This document shows positions 28,182 to 39,202 of a stretch of 64,000 bases of DNA, piece after piece. A program made the translations under genes and the position numbers. The notes under the pieces were generated by a model. That model saw nothing but the letters and a program-made list of their open reading frames with translations, had not been told where the DNA came from and did no database searches. Within the stretch, counting starts at the first letter, position 1. Each line of letters opens with the position of its first letter. This stretch comes from a virus. The stretch lies in IMG/VR virus record IMGVR_UViG_3300036770_004568, positions 1-64,000 of that record. One strand, 5' to 3'.

Positions 28182-31046
28182 ATGGCGCTGAAGTTCTCCA
28201 TCAAACCTACTGATCCAGACGATATTCTCTATTCCCAAGCGGGTCGGCCCACGCTTGATCTGCGTTTTGCATCGAGTAAGAGCCTGGTCGATCACGTCTC
28301 AGGTCAGAACCTGATTGATTTTACGCGTGGTGGCAATGGCGTCGGGACGTATGTGGGTGCTGATGGACTGATCAAGAACTCAGTCATTAACCTACTGCTG
28401 CGGAGTGAGGAGTATGATAATGCAAGTTGGACAAAATCAAGAACAAGCATCTCAGCAAATGCCGGTGCTGCGCCAGATGGATCAATTACCGCAGACAAGT
28501 TAGTTGAAGACACGTCAGTCAGTCTTACTCATTTGGCTAGTCAAGACGTAACAGTAACTGCTAACACGACTTACTCTTTCAGTGTTTACGCCAAGGCTGT
28601 TGAGCGCAGTCGATTAAGGATTGACTTTTCCGACGCCTCAAATGGTGCCGATTCCGTCTTCGGCTTATTTAATTTAAGCACTGGTACGGTTGCCAGCTCT
28701 GGGGCAGGTGGTAATGGAACTCTTTCTAGCACTTCGATTCAGTCGGCAGGAGACGGTTGGTACCGCTGCATTGTTGTTGGTAAGTTTAACAACACCGATA
28801 CCGACGGTCGTGTTCTTCTTTACTTAGACAACGGCACTACTATTACCTACACAGGCGATGGCGCCAGTGGATTGTTTATCTGGGGCGCTCAACTCGAGCA
28901 AGCCTCAACCGTAGGCGAGTATGTCAAGACTACGTCTAGCCTCTCCGGCGCCCCACGCTTTGACCACACTCCTGTGACGGGTGAGAGCTTGGGTTTGCTG
29001 GTAGAGGAGGCTCGGACAAACTTCCTGTTGCGCAGCGAGGAGTTCAATGATGCAAGTTGGAGCAAGAACAACGGAACTATTTCTAGTAACCTATCATCTG
29101 CTCCCAATGGTCTTAATACCGCAGATGCATTTATTCCGGATGCAATAACAGGGCTTACCTACTTACAGCAACAGCCTGCACCACTATCGGCTGGTAGTGT
29201 TTACACATTCAGTATTTTTCTAAAAGCATCAGGGTATTCTTGGGTATTTCTTGATGCTTTTGATGGTACCAATAATCGAACTTGGTTTGATTTATCAAAT
29301 GGTACCATTGGTACTGTGACTGCTGGCAACACCTCTACTATTACATCTTATGGTAATGGATGGTATCGCTGTACTCTAACTAGAACTGCTGCACTTACTA
29401 CAGTTAACTATGCGATAGCGGTTGTTACCGGAAACAATTTCCAGAATATTACAGCAAATGGGACATCAGGGATTCTTCTTTGGGGTGCTCAAGTTGAAGC
29501 CGGAGCATTTGCTACTAGCTACATTCCGACTGCTAGTCTTGCTGTAACACGCAATGAAGATGTTGTTAGTATTGTAGGTGCTAACTTTAGGCGATGGTAT
29601 AGGCAAGCTGAAGGCGCATTTTACGCTGAAGCTTGTCCTCTCCTGGAGGCGTCTGTATCATCAATTATCCTAAGTGCATCAAATGGTACTTCGACTGATC
29701 GTCATACAATAACTAGAAACCTGACATCTAGTAATGCGCGTATCTTTTCAAACGTTGCTGGCGTTATTCAGGTTCAATCTGATCTTGGTGTTTGGACTGG
29801 AAAGGGTCGAATTGCCTATGGATATGCTGCAGATAACTTTGCTGGATCCCTCAATGGAGCTTCTCCTGCCGTCGATACTGCAGGATCAGTGCCAATTGTC
29901 AGTGATCTTTATATCGGCAGGCGTTCTGATGCAACAACCAACATGATCAATGGTACAGTCTCTAGAATCGCCTATTTTGACCGACGACTTCCCAACGCCA
30001 CGCTCCAGGCGATCACCAGCAGTACACCTCCTGCAACGTATGGGAATCTGGTTTTGAACAATGCTAATGATCCGGCTGCCATTGCTGGTGTTCAACCCAC
30101 ACTGGATTACCGTTTTGCACGGGATAGGCGTGAGATTGAATCTGTCAGCCTGACGGATAAGCTGACGTACACCGGAGACAATGGCACGTTTGTTGGTTCG
30201 GATGGAACCATTCAACGTGCAACCACCAATGTCCCCAGGTTTGACCATGACCCGGTCAGTCGGCTTAGCAAGGGGTTATTGGTTGAGGTAAGTCGTGAAA
30301 ATCTTATTACTTGGAGTGAACAGGCCGACAATGCTGCATGGCTTAAAGTTCGATGCTCGATCACGCCAAATGCCGCTACCGCACCAGATGGTCTGCTTAC
30401 AGCGGATAAATTAGTTGAAGACACGTCAAACAATACTCACCGGCTGTATGCGTCAAACGCAACCATTACGGCTGGAGCAACTGTTACTTTTTCGACATTC
30501 TTTAAACCTGCAGAGCGATCTCAGATCAACCTTTTTGTTGATGAAGTTGGTGGAGCCAGCTTTAGTGCATATGCTTCTGCGTCGGGAATTTCTGGTTCTG
30601 GTTTTACGGGAACTGGTTCATATCTATCTGGTTCAGTCACTCCTTATCCAAATGGTTGGTATCGAGCATCAATTACTGGTTCATTGGGCGGTGTAATTAC
30701 AGCAATCCGTGAATCTGTATTTACTGCAATTACTAATAACACATCATATCAGGGCGATGGATCTAGTGGTCTTTTCTTGTGGGGCGCTCAACTTGAATCT
30801 GGAACATCTTTTACTACCTATATTCCTACCAGCTCCACAGCAATAACCCGGACCGCCGACTCAGCCGTCATCAATGGCACCGGAGTCATCACCGGCACCT
30901 ACACGATGATCGAAAAGCCTACTGGTTGCGCACTTGTCTCTGGAAGCAACATCAACCTTCAAGCAGGCTATACAGCAGAACGCGTTATGGTCTTTCCTGC
31001 TGCTTTGTCTGCTCAACAGATCACAGATATACGCAATGCGATGTGA
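28182..31046 (+). CDS. virion spike/fibre protein with three carbohydrate-binding-like modules
   Basis: Repeated NLLxxSEE...GWYR...WGAQLE modules, PRFDH.P..G..GLLVE joints, RLPNATLQAIT. Confidence 0.8.
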   Translation: MALKFSIKPTDPDDILYSQAGRPTLDLRFASSKSLVDHVSGQNLIDFTRGGNGVGTYVGADGLIKNSVINLLLRSEEYDNASWTKSRTSISANAGAAPDGSITADKLVEDTSVSLTHLASQDVTVTANTTYSFSVYAKAVERSRLRIDFSDASNGADSVFGLFNLSTGTVASSGAGGNGTLSSTSIQSAGDGWYRCIVVGKFNNTDTDGRVLLYLDNGTTITYTGDGASGLFIWGAQLEQASTVGEYVKTTSSLSGAPRFDHTPVTGESLGLLVEEARTNFLLRSEEFNDASWSKNNGTISSNLSSAPNGLNTADAFIPDAITGLTYLQQQPAPLSAGSVYTFSIFLKASGYSWVFLDAFDGTNNRTWFDLSNGTIGTVTAGNTSTITSYGNGWYRCTLTRTAALTTVNYAIAVVTGNNFQNITANGTSGILLWGAQVEAGAFATSYIPTASLAVTRNEDVVSIVGANFRRWYRQAEGAFYAEACPLLEASVSSIILSASNGTSTDRHTITRNLTSSNARIFSNVAGVIQVQSDLGVWTGKGRIAYGYAADNFAGSLNGASPAVDTAGSVPIVSDLYIGRRSDATTNMINGTVSRIAYFDRRLPNATLQAITSSTPPATYGNLVLNNANDPAAIAGVQPTLDYRFARDRREIESVSLTDKLTYTGDNGTFVGSDGTIQRATTNVPRFDHDPVSRLSKGLLVEVSRENLITWSEQADNAAWLKVRCSITPNAATAPDGLLTADKLVEDTSNNTHRLYASNATITAGATVTFSTFFKPAERSQINLFVDEVGGASFSAYASASGISGSGFTGTGSYLSGSVTPYPNGWYRASITGSLGGVITAIRESVFTAITNNTSYQGDGSSGLFLWGAQLESGTSFTTYIPTSSTAITRTADSAVINGTGVITGTYTMIEKPTGCALVSGSNINLQAGYTAERVMVFPAALSAQQITDIRNAM

Positions 31047-31103
31047 TATCTGATCAACTAGAATAGTCGTTAGCAAGTCTCTTCGTTCCAGGGTATTGGG
31101 GTC

Positions 31104-32969
31104 ATGGGTGTCAAGATTACAGGTGCTGTTGGTAAAGATGATGATAAGCTCTATTCACTAGCTGGTACACCTACGCTTGATCTTAGATTTGCATCAACCA
31201 AAAGTCTGACAGACTATGTCTCAGGTAAGAACCTGATCACGTTCACCAGGGCCAGCACTGGGACGTACGTGGACTCCGATGGCGTGATCCGCAGCGCAGC
31301 GACGAACTTGCTGCTCAGGAGTGAGGAGTTTGATAATGCGAGTTGGTCACGTGTGCGGCTAAGTACCGTTAATGCTAATGGAGCAGTTTCCCCTAACGGG
31401 ACGCTTTCCGCTGATGAGATGGTAGTGGACACAGCAAATGGCACGCATTCAATCTATAGTAATACTATTTCCTCTACCACTGCGACCTATTCAGCAAGTG
31501 TTTACCTAAAAGCAGGGACTTCAAACTTTGCCTTTTTTGGCTTGACTGATTTGGCAACAGGTGGTGCTGAAAGAAGGATCAACCTTTCTACGGGGGTCGT
31601 TGATACTGTCAATATCGGAGGAGCAGGTTCTTGGACTTCTGTTTCTTCGACTGTTGCCTCTGTTGGCAACGGTTGGTACAGGCTTACAGTGACGGCAACT
31701 CAGGGGGGCGGTACTAGCGTTGCACTCCAGGTACTTGTCGGAAATTCAAGTGGTCAGCGCACTTACTTAGGAAACAACACAGATAGTGTTTACGCATGGG
31801 GCGCCCAACTAGAACTCGGCTCCACGGCCACAACGTACATCCCAACAGGTGCCACGATCAATTCGGCGCCACGCTTCGACCACAACCCGCTCACGGGCGA
31901 GTGCCTGGGGTTGTTGGTCGAGGAGAGCAGAACCAACAGCATTCGCAACAACACGATGGTCGGTGCGGTAGCTGGTACGCCGGGGACGTTGCCAACGAAT
32001 TGGAGTGAAAGCCTTGCCGGGCTAACGCGAGAAGTTGTCGGGACAGGAACAACAAACGGCATCAACTGGATTGACCTAAGACTCTCAGGTACATCAACTG
32101 GCACGGTTGTCAATCTCTCAATGGAAGCAATCAATGTGGCGGTGGCTGCTGCTGGTCAGAACTGGACCAACTCTTTCTGGATTGCCCGTGTTGGCGGTAC
32201 TACAACTAACGTCACTGGTGTTAACTCACGCATTCGTTCTTACAATTCAACCCCTGCCTTCTTGGGTCAACATGATGGTTCTGCTATCACTTTAACCAGC
32301 TCTCTTGTAAGGCACGAAGCTACCTATTCAAATTTGCCAGCTACAACAGCATTTGTTGAGCCTGTAGTGCGAGTGGTCGTAGCTAATAGCTCTGCCATCG
32401 ACATCACCCTCCGCATCGGCCTGCCCCAGTTAGAGCAGGGGGCATTTGCCACTTCAGTCATCCCCACCACCGGCACCGCTGTCACACGCAGTGCGGATAT
32501 TGCAACTCTATCTGGTACTAACTTTTCGAGTTGGTACTTTCCTGCGCAAGGCACTCTATTTGCATCGATGTCTTCTGCATCTGGTGCTGCATATACGGGC
32601 TATGTTCTTTCTGTAGGTCCTGACTTCAATAATACTATTCAGATGTATCGACAATCTGACACACAGCCTGTTGCGCGAGTACGAGTTGGAGGTGTTGATA
32701 CTTATGGATCTATCGGCAGTGGTCCTGTTTGGACGGGTACAACACTTGGAAAGTTTGCATTGGCTTTATCACCATCTAGCGGACGCCAAGCATTTAACGG
32801 AACATTAGATTCGGCTGGTGATGATCTCAATATTACCTTACCTGTTTCGTCAAGCATGTCCATTGGTTCTCTGGCTGGCTCAAGCATTTTTGCAAATGCG
32901 CACATTCGACGCATTGCTTACTTTGACCGCCGCTTACCCAACGCCACTCTTCAAGCCATCACAACCTAG
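31104..32969 (+). CDS. virion spike/fibre protein paralog
   Basis: Same module architecture; LamG/ConA-like C-terminal domain ending RLPNATLQAIT. Confidence 0.8.
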   Translation: MGVKITGAVGKDDDKLYSLAGTPTLDLRFASTKSLTDYVSGKNLITFTRASTGTYVDSDGVIRSAATNLLLRSEEFDNASWSRVRLSTVNANGAVSPNGTLSADEMVVDTANGTHSIYSNTISSTTATYSASVYLKAGTSNFAFFGLTDLATGGAERRINLSTGVVDTVNIGGAGSWTSVSSTVASVGNGWYRLTVTATQGGGTSVALQVLVGNSSGQRTYLGNNTDSVYAWGAQLELGSTATTYIPTGATINSAPRFDHNPLTGECLGLLVEESRTNSIRNNTMVGAVAGTPGTLPTNWSESLAGLTREVVGTGTTNGINWIDLRLSGTSTGTVVNLSMEAINVAVAAAGQNWTNSFWIARVGGTTTNVTGVNSRIRSYNSTPAFLGQHDGSAITLTSSLVRHEATYSNLPATTAFVEPVVRVVVANSSAIDITLRIGLPQLEQGAFATSVIPTTGTAVTRSADIATLSGTNFSSWYFPAQGTLFASMSSASGAAYTGYVLSVGPDFNNTIQMYRQSDTQPVARVRVGGVDTYGSIGSGPVWTGTTLGKFALALSPSSGRQAFNGTLDSAGDDLNITLPVSSSMSIGSLAGSSIFANAHIRRIAYFDRRLPNATLQAITT

Positions 32970-33055
32970 TTTTTTAGAGTCTTCTAGCTTGATACAGCCA
33001 TCTTGAATCACCAGATAGTTGAACTAGAATAGCTAGATGACTCTTGACTGCGGCT

Positions 33056-33661
33056 ATGGCTACTCAATTCACCTGGACGATTGTTGATCTTGAGCGATAC
33101 ACAAAAGATGGTGTTGTCTATAATGCGCACTACACCGTTAATGCTGATGACGGGTGCTATCAAGCCAGTGTGTATGGTTCGATTGGTTTGACACCTCCAT
33201 CTACGGATAACCTCATTCCGTTTGATCAACTCACCGAAGAGCTTGTCATTGATTGGGTGAAGCGTCATTTCGGATCTGACAAGGTCTCAGAGATTGAAGG
33301 CAATCTTCAGGCCCGCATTGATGAGCAGCACCAACCAGCCACGGCAGCAGGTCTCCCCTGGCAATTCGGCAATCCTGAACCTGCTCCTGTGCAGGATGAC
33401 GTGATCACCCCTGAGTCCCTCGACCCAGGGGATGTGGAGGAAGTGTCCGATTCTCCAGTTGAGCCTCTGATCGTTGACGCTCCAGCTGACACCGTTGTTG
33501 AAACCGAAGTGCTGAGCGAAGAAGAGGAAGAGGATCTGGGATACTCCGGTGAAACGGTCTTGATCCGTGCTCGCAACGAACTGGGTCAGTACATTGCTGA
33601 TGATGGGACCACAGAAGGACACAACGAAGCGTGGATTGAAGTGCCGATTGAAGAGGCCTGA
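33056..33661 (+). CDS. fibre-associated protein with acidic tail (paralog of 27711)
   Basis: FTWTIVDLER...FDQLTEELVIDWVK...GLPW; C-terminal RARNELGQYIADD..T..NEAW. Confidence 0.7.
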   Translation: MATQFTWTIVDLERYTKDGVVYNAHYTVNADDGCYQASVYGSIGLTPPSTDNLIPFDQLTEELVIDWVKRHFGSDKVSEIEGNLQARIDEQHQPATAAGLPWQFGNPEPAPVQDDVITPESLDPGDVEEVSDSPVEPLIVDAPADTVVETEVLSEEEEEDLGYSGETVLIRARNELGQYIADDGTTEGHNEAWIEVPIEEA

Positions 33662-33713
33662 AGCTTAGGTTCAATTTTCAATTATCGATAGACTGGTCAA
33701 AACGTGAAAAACA

Positions 33714-34961
33714 ATGGCCAGGCCTAAGCTCTTGTGGGTTGGTGATATCTGTGCGACCACTGGTTTTGCCCGTGTGACCCATAACATCCTCACGCGTCTA
33801 GTTGATGATTATGAGATTGTGGTTCTTGGTAGCAATTACCATGGGGATCCCCACTCCTATCCTTTCAAGATCTATCCAGCCACCAATCGCTTTACGGGCA
33901 ATGCCTACTTCGGTGAGCTTCGCATCCGTGAAGTCGTGCTTATCGAGAAACCCGACATCATTTTCTGCATCAATGACTCCTGGATCATCAATGACCTCTA
34001 CTCCAAGGTTCATGATCTCCATGAGAAGAAGCTCTTCAAGTTCGTGGGCTACTACCCAGTCGATGGGGTGAACTGGTTCAACGTCCTCTCCCTATCGGCC
34101 AACTCCTGGGACCAGGTGTATGTGTACACGCACTTCGGCTGTGTTGAGGCCAAGAAAGCAGCTCTGGTGCAAGAACCCATCTACCTGCCCCATGGTGTTG
34201 ACACCGATGTCTTTTACCCCCAGGACAAGACTGAATGCCGTAAACGCCTTGGCCTGCCTCACGATGCGTTCATTGTCTTTAATGGTAACCGCAACCAGCC
34301 CCGCAAGCGCATTGATCTGACCATTCGCGCGTTTGCCCAGTTTGCGTTGGATGCTCCCAATGCCATCCTCTATCTGCACATGGGCGCTAAGGACATTGGC
34401 TGGGACATCAAGTCCCTCTTTGGCAAAGAGATGGCTCGCTACAACCTCTCTCCTGCTCGCCGTATTGTTCTCTCTGGCCAGGAGCACCGGGGCGTACAAA
34501 ACGCTTCTATCGAATTGCTGAGGGACATTTATGGTTCAGCGGATGTGGGTGTCAATACCTGTGAGGGCGAGGGCTGGGGTTTGGTCAATTTTGAACATGC
34601 CGCGTGCCAGGTGGCGCAGATTGTTCCCAATCACACCAGCTGCAAGGAGATCTTTGATGGCTATGGAGATCTAATTGATGTGGAGCATACCGTGACCGAT
34701 AAAGACTTTGGGCGCGAGATGTTCTGCATCAATACTGATTCATTGGCGTCACTGCTATACCGACACTACAGCGATCAGGCCTACAACAAAGCCAAGGCTC
34801 AGATGTGCTATGAGCGTGTGACAGATACCCAATTCAGCTGGGATACGATTGCAACCTCACTGAGGACATCCTTGAAGGTGTTGCATCAGAAAGACGATCC
34901 AGCTTCCATTGGATTTAAGAGCGAAGCCAAGACGTTCAAGCAAAAGAAAAAGAAGAAGTGA
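33714..34961 (+). CDS. glycosyltransferase family 4 (GT-B)
   Basis: TGFARV, PHGVDTDVF, NRNQPRKRID, GEGWGLVNFEHAAC. Confidence 0.9.
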   Translation: MARPKLLWVGDICATTGFARVTHNILTRLVDDYEIVVLGSNYHGDPHSYPFKIYPATNRFTGNAYFGELRIREVVLIEKPDIIFCINDSWIINDLYSKVHDLHEKKLFKFVGYYPVDGVNWFNVLSLSANSWDQVYVYTHFGCVEAKKAALVQEPIYLPHGVDTDVFYPQDKTECRKRLGLPHDAFIVFNGNRNQPRKRIDLTIRAFAQFALDAPNAILYLHMGAKDIGWDIKSLFGKEMARYNLSPARRIVLSGQEHRGVQNASIELLRDIYGSADVGVNTCEGEGWGLVNFEHAACQVAQIVPNHTSCKEIFDGYGDLIDVEHTVTDKDFGREMFCINTDSLASLLYRHYSDQAYNKAKAQMCYERVTDTQFSWDTIATSLRTSLKVLHQKDDPASIGFKSEAKTFKQKKKKK

Positions 34962-35163
34962 GGGCATAACAGGGCATAACAGATTGTGCTCCAACCCTGT
35001 TGCGGCGCCTGCAATCTCGGGATCTAGCTAGGCTGTCTGAGCTTCTTCATCTTAGGATGACAAGACGTCGCAACAAGCAAAGAATGCACCAAGGTCATCC
35101 TTGTTGACAGGGTTTTGCTATCTCTATTGACGTTGCGTAGTCCTACGTTGTTTCATAACTTCT

Positions 35164-37470
35164 ATGTCCTCGATCCACATTGTCAAGCGCAATAAGTCCA
35201 AGGAAGCCTTTGATATCGCCAAGATCAGAAAGGTGGTGCAATGGGCCTCGGCTGGTCTCGATGTCAACCCGATGGAGCTGGAGGCCAACCTGGCTCTCCA
35301 TGTCAAAAATGGCATGACCTCTAAGGAGATTCACAGCACCCTCATTGATACGGCGCTGCGTCTTACCTCACCCCAGGAACCTGACTGGCGGCTGCTGGCT
35401 GCTCGTTTGAAGCTCATCGACTTCTACAAGGACGTGCATCTGCGCCGGGGAATGACCTATGAGTATCGCTATCCCAACTACCTCGATACGGTCAAGCTGC
35501 TGGTGAAGCAGGGTCTCTATTCCCCTGTGCTGCTGGAGAAGTACACCGAGAAAGAGCTGATCAAAGCTGGTCAATTTATCAAGCAGGACTATGACCTGGA
35601 GTTTGACTTTGCTGGGATCAACCTGATGATCAAGCGCTACATGATCGAAGGCCCTAAGGGTGTGATGGAGATGCCGCAAGAAGCACTCCTCTCCGCTGCC
35701 CTGCTGATTGAGCAGGACCAGCCCGATGATGTGCGTCTGAGCCGGGTCAAAGAGACCTACACCTACCTGGCCCAGCGCAAGATCTCACTGGCGACACCGA
35801 TCCTGATCAACTTGCGCAAGCCCAACGGCAACCTGTCGAGCTGCTTCATCACCAAGTTCAAGGACGACATCAACTCCATCTTCCACACCATGGAGCAGAT
35901 CGGTCAGATCGGATCCAGTGGTGGTGGTGTGGGCGTGTGCGTCACTCCCATCCGTGCCCACGGCGCCCGCATCAAAGGGATTCCTGGTCGTGCCGGTGGA
36001 GTGGTGCCCAACATCCGCACCATCAATGACATTGCCCTGTACTTCAACCAGGGCGGCAAACGAGCGGGTGCTGTGACCGTGGCCTTGGACAGTTGGCATC
36101 TCGACATTGAGAGCTTTTTGGAGCTGCAGACCGAGAACGGAGACCAGCGCTCCAAGGCCTATGACATCTTTCCCCAGGTGGTGGTCACGGACTACTTCAT
36201 GGCGTGCGTGGATAACGATGCTGACTGGTATCTCTTCGATCCCCATGAGGTGCGCGACGGCTTTGGGATTGAGCTGGCGGATCTGTGGGGTTTGGAATTT
36301 GAAGAGGCTTACAAGATGCTGTGCATGCAAGCTGAAGCGGGCGGCATTGAGCTGTACAAGGTCATCAATGCCAAGACCCTGTACAAGCACATCATGAAGA
36401 CCCAGCTAGAGACGGGGATGCCCTATGTCACGTTCAAGGACACCATCAACCGTGCCAACCCCAACCCCCATGTGGGCATCATCCCCTGCACCAACCTGTG
36501 CGTGGAATCGTTCTCGGTGGTACAGCCCAGCTCGGTGAGCAACCTACGCCTGCGTGATGACGTGCTCTACGGCAAGGAGATCGGTAGGGAGTCCGAACCA
36601 GGGTTGATCCATACCTGCAACCTGGTGTCCATCAACATGGCGAATGTCAAGTTGGAGGAGATGGAGGCGGTGTGCAGGACTTCGGTGCGGATCCTGGATA
36701 ACTGCATTGATATCACTGATGTGCCCGTGGTTGAAGGCTTCCGTCACAACACCCTGCTGCGCACCATTGGTGTGGGCCTGATGGGTCTAGCGGACTACTT
36801 CGCCTTGAACAATACGAAGTACACCGAGGCTCAGCAGCTCACCGACGAATTGGCTGAGCATTTTGGGTACTGGACCACTAAAGCCAGTATTGATCTGGCC
36901 AAAGAGCGGGGTGCCTATGTCCTCTATGACGGCAGCACCTGGAGCCAGGGTCTGATCAATGGCAAGACGCTGGACTGGTACCGGATCAACAGCAAGACCA
37001 ATGGTCTGCTGGATTGGACTCCTCTGTTTGAAGATCTGCAGATCTATGGGGTGCGCAACAGCCACATCCAGGCCATCGCACCCAACACCAGTAGCTCCAT
37101 CGTGCAGGGCTGTACGGCTTCGGTGTTGCCGATCTTTAACCGCTTTTACATCGACAACAGCGGGTCCCAGTCTGTTCCTGTGGCACCTCCGTACCTCAAA
37201 GACAAGTTCTGGTTCTACCAGGAGTCCAAGTCCATTGACCAGAAGGTGGTGGTGGACATTGTCAGCCGCCTGCAGCAGTACACCGATACTGGGATCTCCA
37301 TGGAGCTGCTGTTCAACCTCAACTCAGGCATTACGGCCAAGGACATCTTTGAGACCCACATGGAGGCGTGGAAGAAAGGCACCAAGGCCATCTACTACAC
37401 CCGCAGCATCCAAAAGGACGCTGAAGCGGCCCATGCCGATAAGGAGGTCTGTCTGGCCTGCGCTGGCTAA
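35164..37470 (+). CDS. nrdA: class I ribonucleotide reductase alpha subunit with ATP cone
   Basis: VKRN ATP cone, SSCF, TNLCVE, HTCNL, IAPNTSSS, IYY, C-terminal CLAC. Confidence 0.96.
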   Translation: MSSIHIVKRNKSKEAFDIAKIRKVVQWASAGLDVNPMELEANLALHVKNGMTSKEIHSTLIDTALRLTSPQEPDWRLLAARLKLIDFYKDVHLRRGMTYEYRYPNYLDTVKLLVKQGLYSPVLLEKYTEKELIKAGQFIKQDYDLEFDFAGINLMIKRYMIEGPKGVMEMPQEALLSAALLIEQDQPDDVRLSRVKETYTYLAQRKISLATPILINLRKPNGNLSSCFITKFKDDINSIFHTMEQIGQIGSSGGGVGVCVTPIRAHGARIKGIPGRAGGVVPNIRTINDIALYFNQGGKRAGAVTVALDSWHLDIESFLELQTENGDQRSKAYDIFPQVVVTDYFMACVDNDADWYLFDPHEVRDGFGIELADLWGLEFEEAYKMLCMQAEAGGIELYKVINAKTLYKHIMKTQLETGMPYVTFKDTINRANPNPHVGIIPCTNLCVESFSVVQPSSVSNLRLRDDVLYGKEIGRESEPGLIHTCNLVSINMANVKLEEMEAVCRTSVRILDNCIDITDVPVVEGFRHNTLLRTIGVGLMGLADYFALNNTKYTEAQQLTDELAEHFGYWTTKASIDLAKERGAYVLYDGSTWSQGLINGKTLDWYRINSKTNGLLDWTPLFEDLQIYGVRNSHIQAIAPNTSSSIVQGCTASVLPIFNRFYIDNSGSQSVPVAPPYLKDKFWFYQESKSIDQKVVVDIVSRLQQYTDTGISMELLFNLNSGITAKDIFETHMEAWKKGTKAIYYTRSIQKDAEAAHADKEVCLACAG

Positions 37471-37514
37471 CCAACCCCTCGAACCACGGATTCCCTCAAT
37501 CAACAACCAGCACT

Positions 37515-38552
37515 ATGGAACGGCAGAAACTGTTTGATCCCACGGGCGACGATTCTCTGGAGACACGCTCAATCATTGGTGGTCATAGCACCAACATCCT
37601 CAACCTCAACAATGTGCGCTTTCGCTGGGCACCCAAGTTGTACCGCACCATGCTGGAAAACTTCTGGGTGCCGGAGAAGGTCGATCTGAGCGGCGATAAG
37701 GAGTCGTACAAGAAGCTCACACCCGATGAGGAGATCGCCTATGACGAGATCCTCTCGTTTTTGATCTTCCTCGACAGTATTCAGACCAATAACATCGGGA
37801 ACATCAACGACTACATCACGGCACCGGAGGTCAAGGTGCTGTTGGCCATCCACCAGTACCAGGAAGCGATTCACAGCCAGTCGTATCAGTACATCATTGA
37901 GACGATTGTAGCAATGAACAAGCGCAACCTGATCTATGACTACTGGAGAAAAGACAACGTCCTGCTTTCTCGTAACTCCTACATTGCCAACATCTACCAG
38001 GCGTTCCTGGAGTCGCAGACCGATGCCAACTTTGCCAAGGTCCTGATTGCCAACTACTTGCTAGAAGGGCTCTACTTCTACAACGGATTTAACTTCTTCT
38101 ACAACTTGGCATCGCGTGATCTGATGCTGGGAACAGCTGAGATCATCCGCTACATCCAGCGTGATGAGCTGACCCACTGCCTTCTCTTTGAATTTATCAT
38201 CAAGGAGATCAAGCGTACTCGTCCCACCTTCTTTGATGAGGAGGTGATCGAGGAGATGGTCAGGCAGGCTGTGGACCAGGAGATCACCTGGACCAATCAC
38301 ATTGTGGGTAACAAGATCTTGGGGGTCTCTGAGGAGACAACGGATCAATACACCAAGTGGTTGGCCAATGATCGTTGGCGCAAGCTGGGGTTCAAGGGAC
38401 AGCTCTACAAGGGCTATGCCAAGAACCCCTACAAGCACCTGGAGGCCTTTGCCGATACCGGTGGTCAGGGATCAGTGAAGAGCAACTTCTTTGAGTCCAG
38501 CATCACCTCCTACAACCTCTCCAGTGCGGTGGAGGGTTGGAATGACTTCTGA
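37515..38552 (+). CDS. nrdB: class I ribonucleotide reductase beta subunit
   Basis: FWVPE, LDSIQ, QEAIHSQSY, LEGLYFYNGF, RDELTH, NFFE..ITSY. Confidence 0.96.
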   Translation: MERQKLFDPTGDDSLETRSIIGGHSTNILNLNNVRFRWAPKLYRTMLENFWVPEKVDLSGDKESYKKLTPDEEIAYDEILSFLIFLDSIQTNNIGNINDYITAPEVKVLLAIHQYQEAIHSQSYQYIIETIVAMNKRNLIYDYWRKDNVLLSRNSYIANIYQAFLESQTDANFAKVLIANYLLEGLYFYNGFNFFYNLASRDLMLGTAEIIRYIQRDELTHCLLFEFIIKEIKRTRPTFFDEEVIEEMVRQAVDQEITWTNHIVGNKILGVSEETTDQYTKWLANDRWRKLGFKGQLYKGYAKNPYKHLEAFADTGGQGSVKSNFFESSITSYNLSSAVEGWNDF

Positions 38553-38571
38553 GACGCACTGAGACAATCAT

Positions 38572-38602
38572 GAGAAAGCCCCTCGAACCAGGGGCTTTTT
38601 TC
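38572..38602. terminator. bidirectional intrinsic terminator
   Basis: AAAGCCCCT-CGAACC-AGGGGCTTTTTT between convergent genes. Confidence 0.8.
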
Positions 38603-38624
38603 ATGCCTTCCGTTGGCTCGGAGA

Positions 38625-39068
38625 TCAGTGCAGCTCGCAGGCTCCTGTTGAACTCTCACAGGTGGGGCAGTACTCAGACTCCAGTGCCACGTCGTCGTAG
38701 GCGTCGGTCTCAGCCGGTGGGGGCACCAGCTCAGCAATGCGCTCCGAGAGGGCTGTGACGGTCTGATTAAGGCCTTCCAGCTCCTGTTTGATCTCACGGT
38801 TGCTGGTGTAGTTGAAGATGCCTTCGCGCTTGTTGAGGGCGTCAGGATCGTTCGCCATCAGGTAAGTGCGTGCGTCCTCATCAGTGGAAGAAGCAATGGA
38901 TTCAAAGATGTTCCAGAGCACCTCACTGGTCAGTTCACGGGAGTTGATGCCGAACTTAGCGAGTTCGGTGTCCATCGACTGCATCAGATCAGCCGTCTCC
39001 CTGGTTTTGGCAAGGAACAGCTCCTTGTACTTCTCTTTCTCCAGGCCGTAGTAGTTCACGCTGCCCAT
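38625..39068 (-). CDS. hypothetical protein with C-terminal CxxC
   Basis: ORF 38625..39086, probable ATG at 39068. Confidence 0.7.
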   Translation of the reverse strand: MGSVNYYGLEKEKYKELFLAKTRETADLMQSMDTELAKFGINSRELTSEVLWNIFESIASSTDEDARTYLMANDPDALNKREGIFNYTSNREIKQELEGLNQTVTALSERIAELVPPPAETDAYDDVALESEYCPTCESSTGACELH

Positions 39069-39202
39069 GGTATTCGCTATTTGCAAATCACGAATCCAGT
39101 CTAACTAAATTACAGAACTACGCCTTATCTCTAGCCACCAACATCGCGACCTGTGGAATACTTTCGCAAAGGGTGTGGGATGCGTGATGGATGCAAGAGT
39201 GC

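Noticed and set aside
34961-34982. AGGGCATAAC tandem duplication upstream of nrdA
   Set aside because: Only two copies and no recognisable NrdR box; probably slippage
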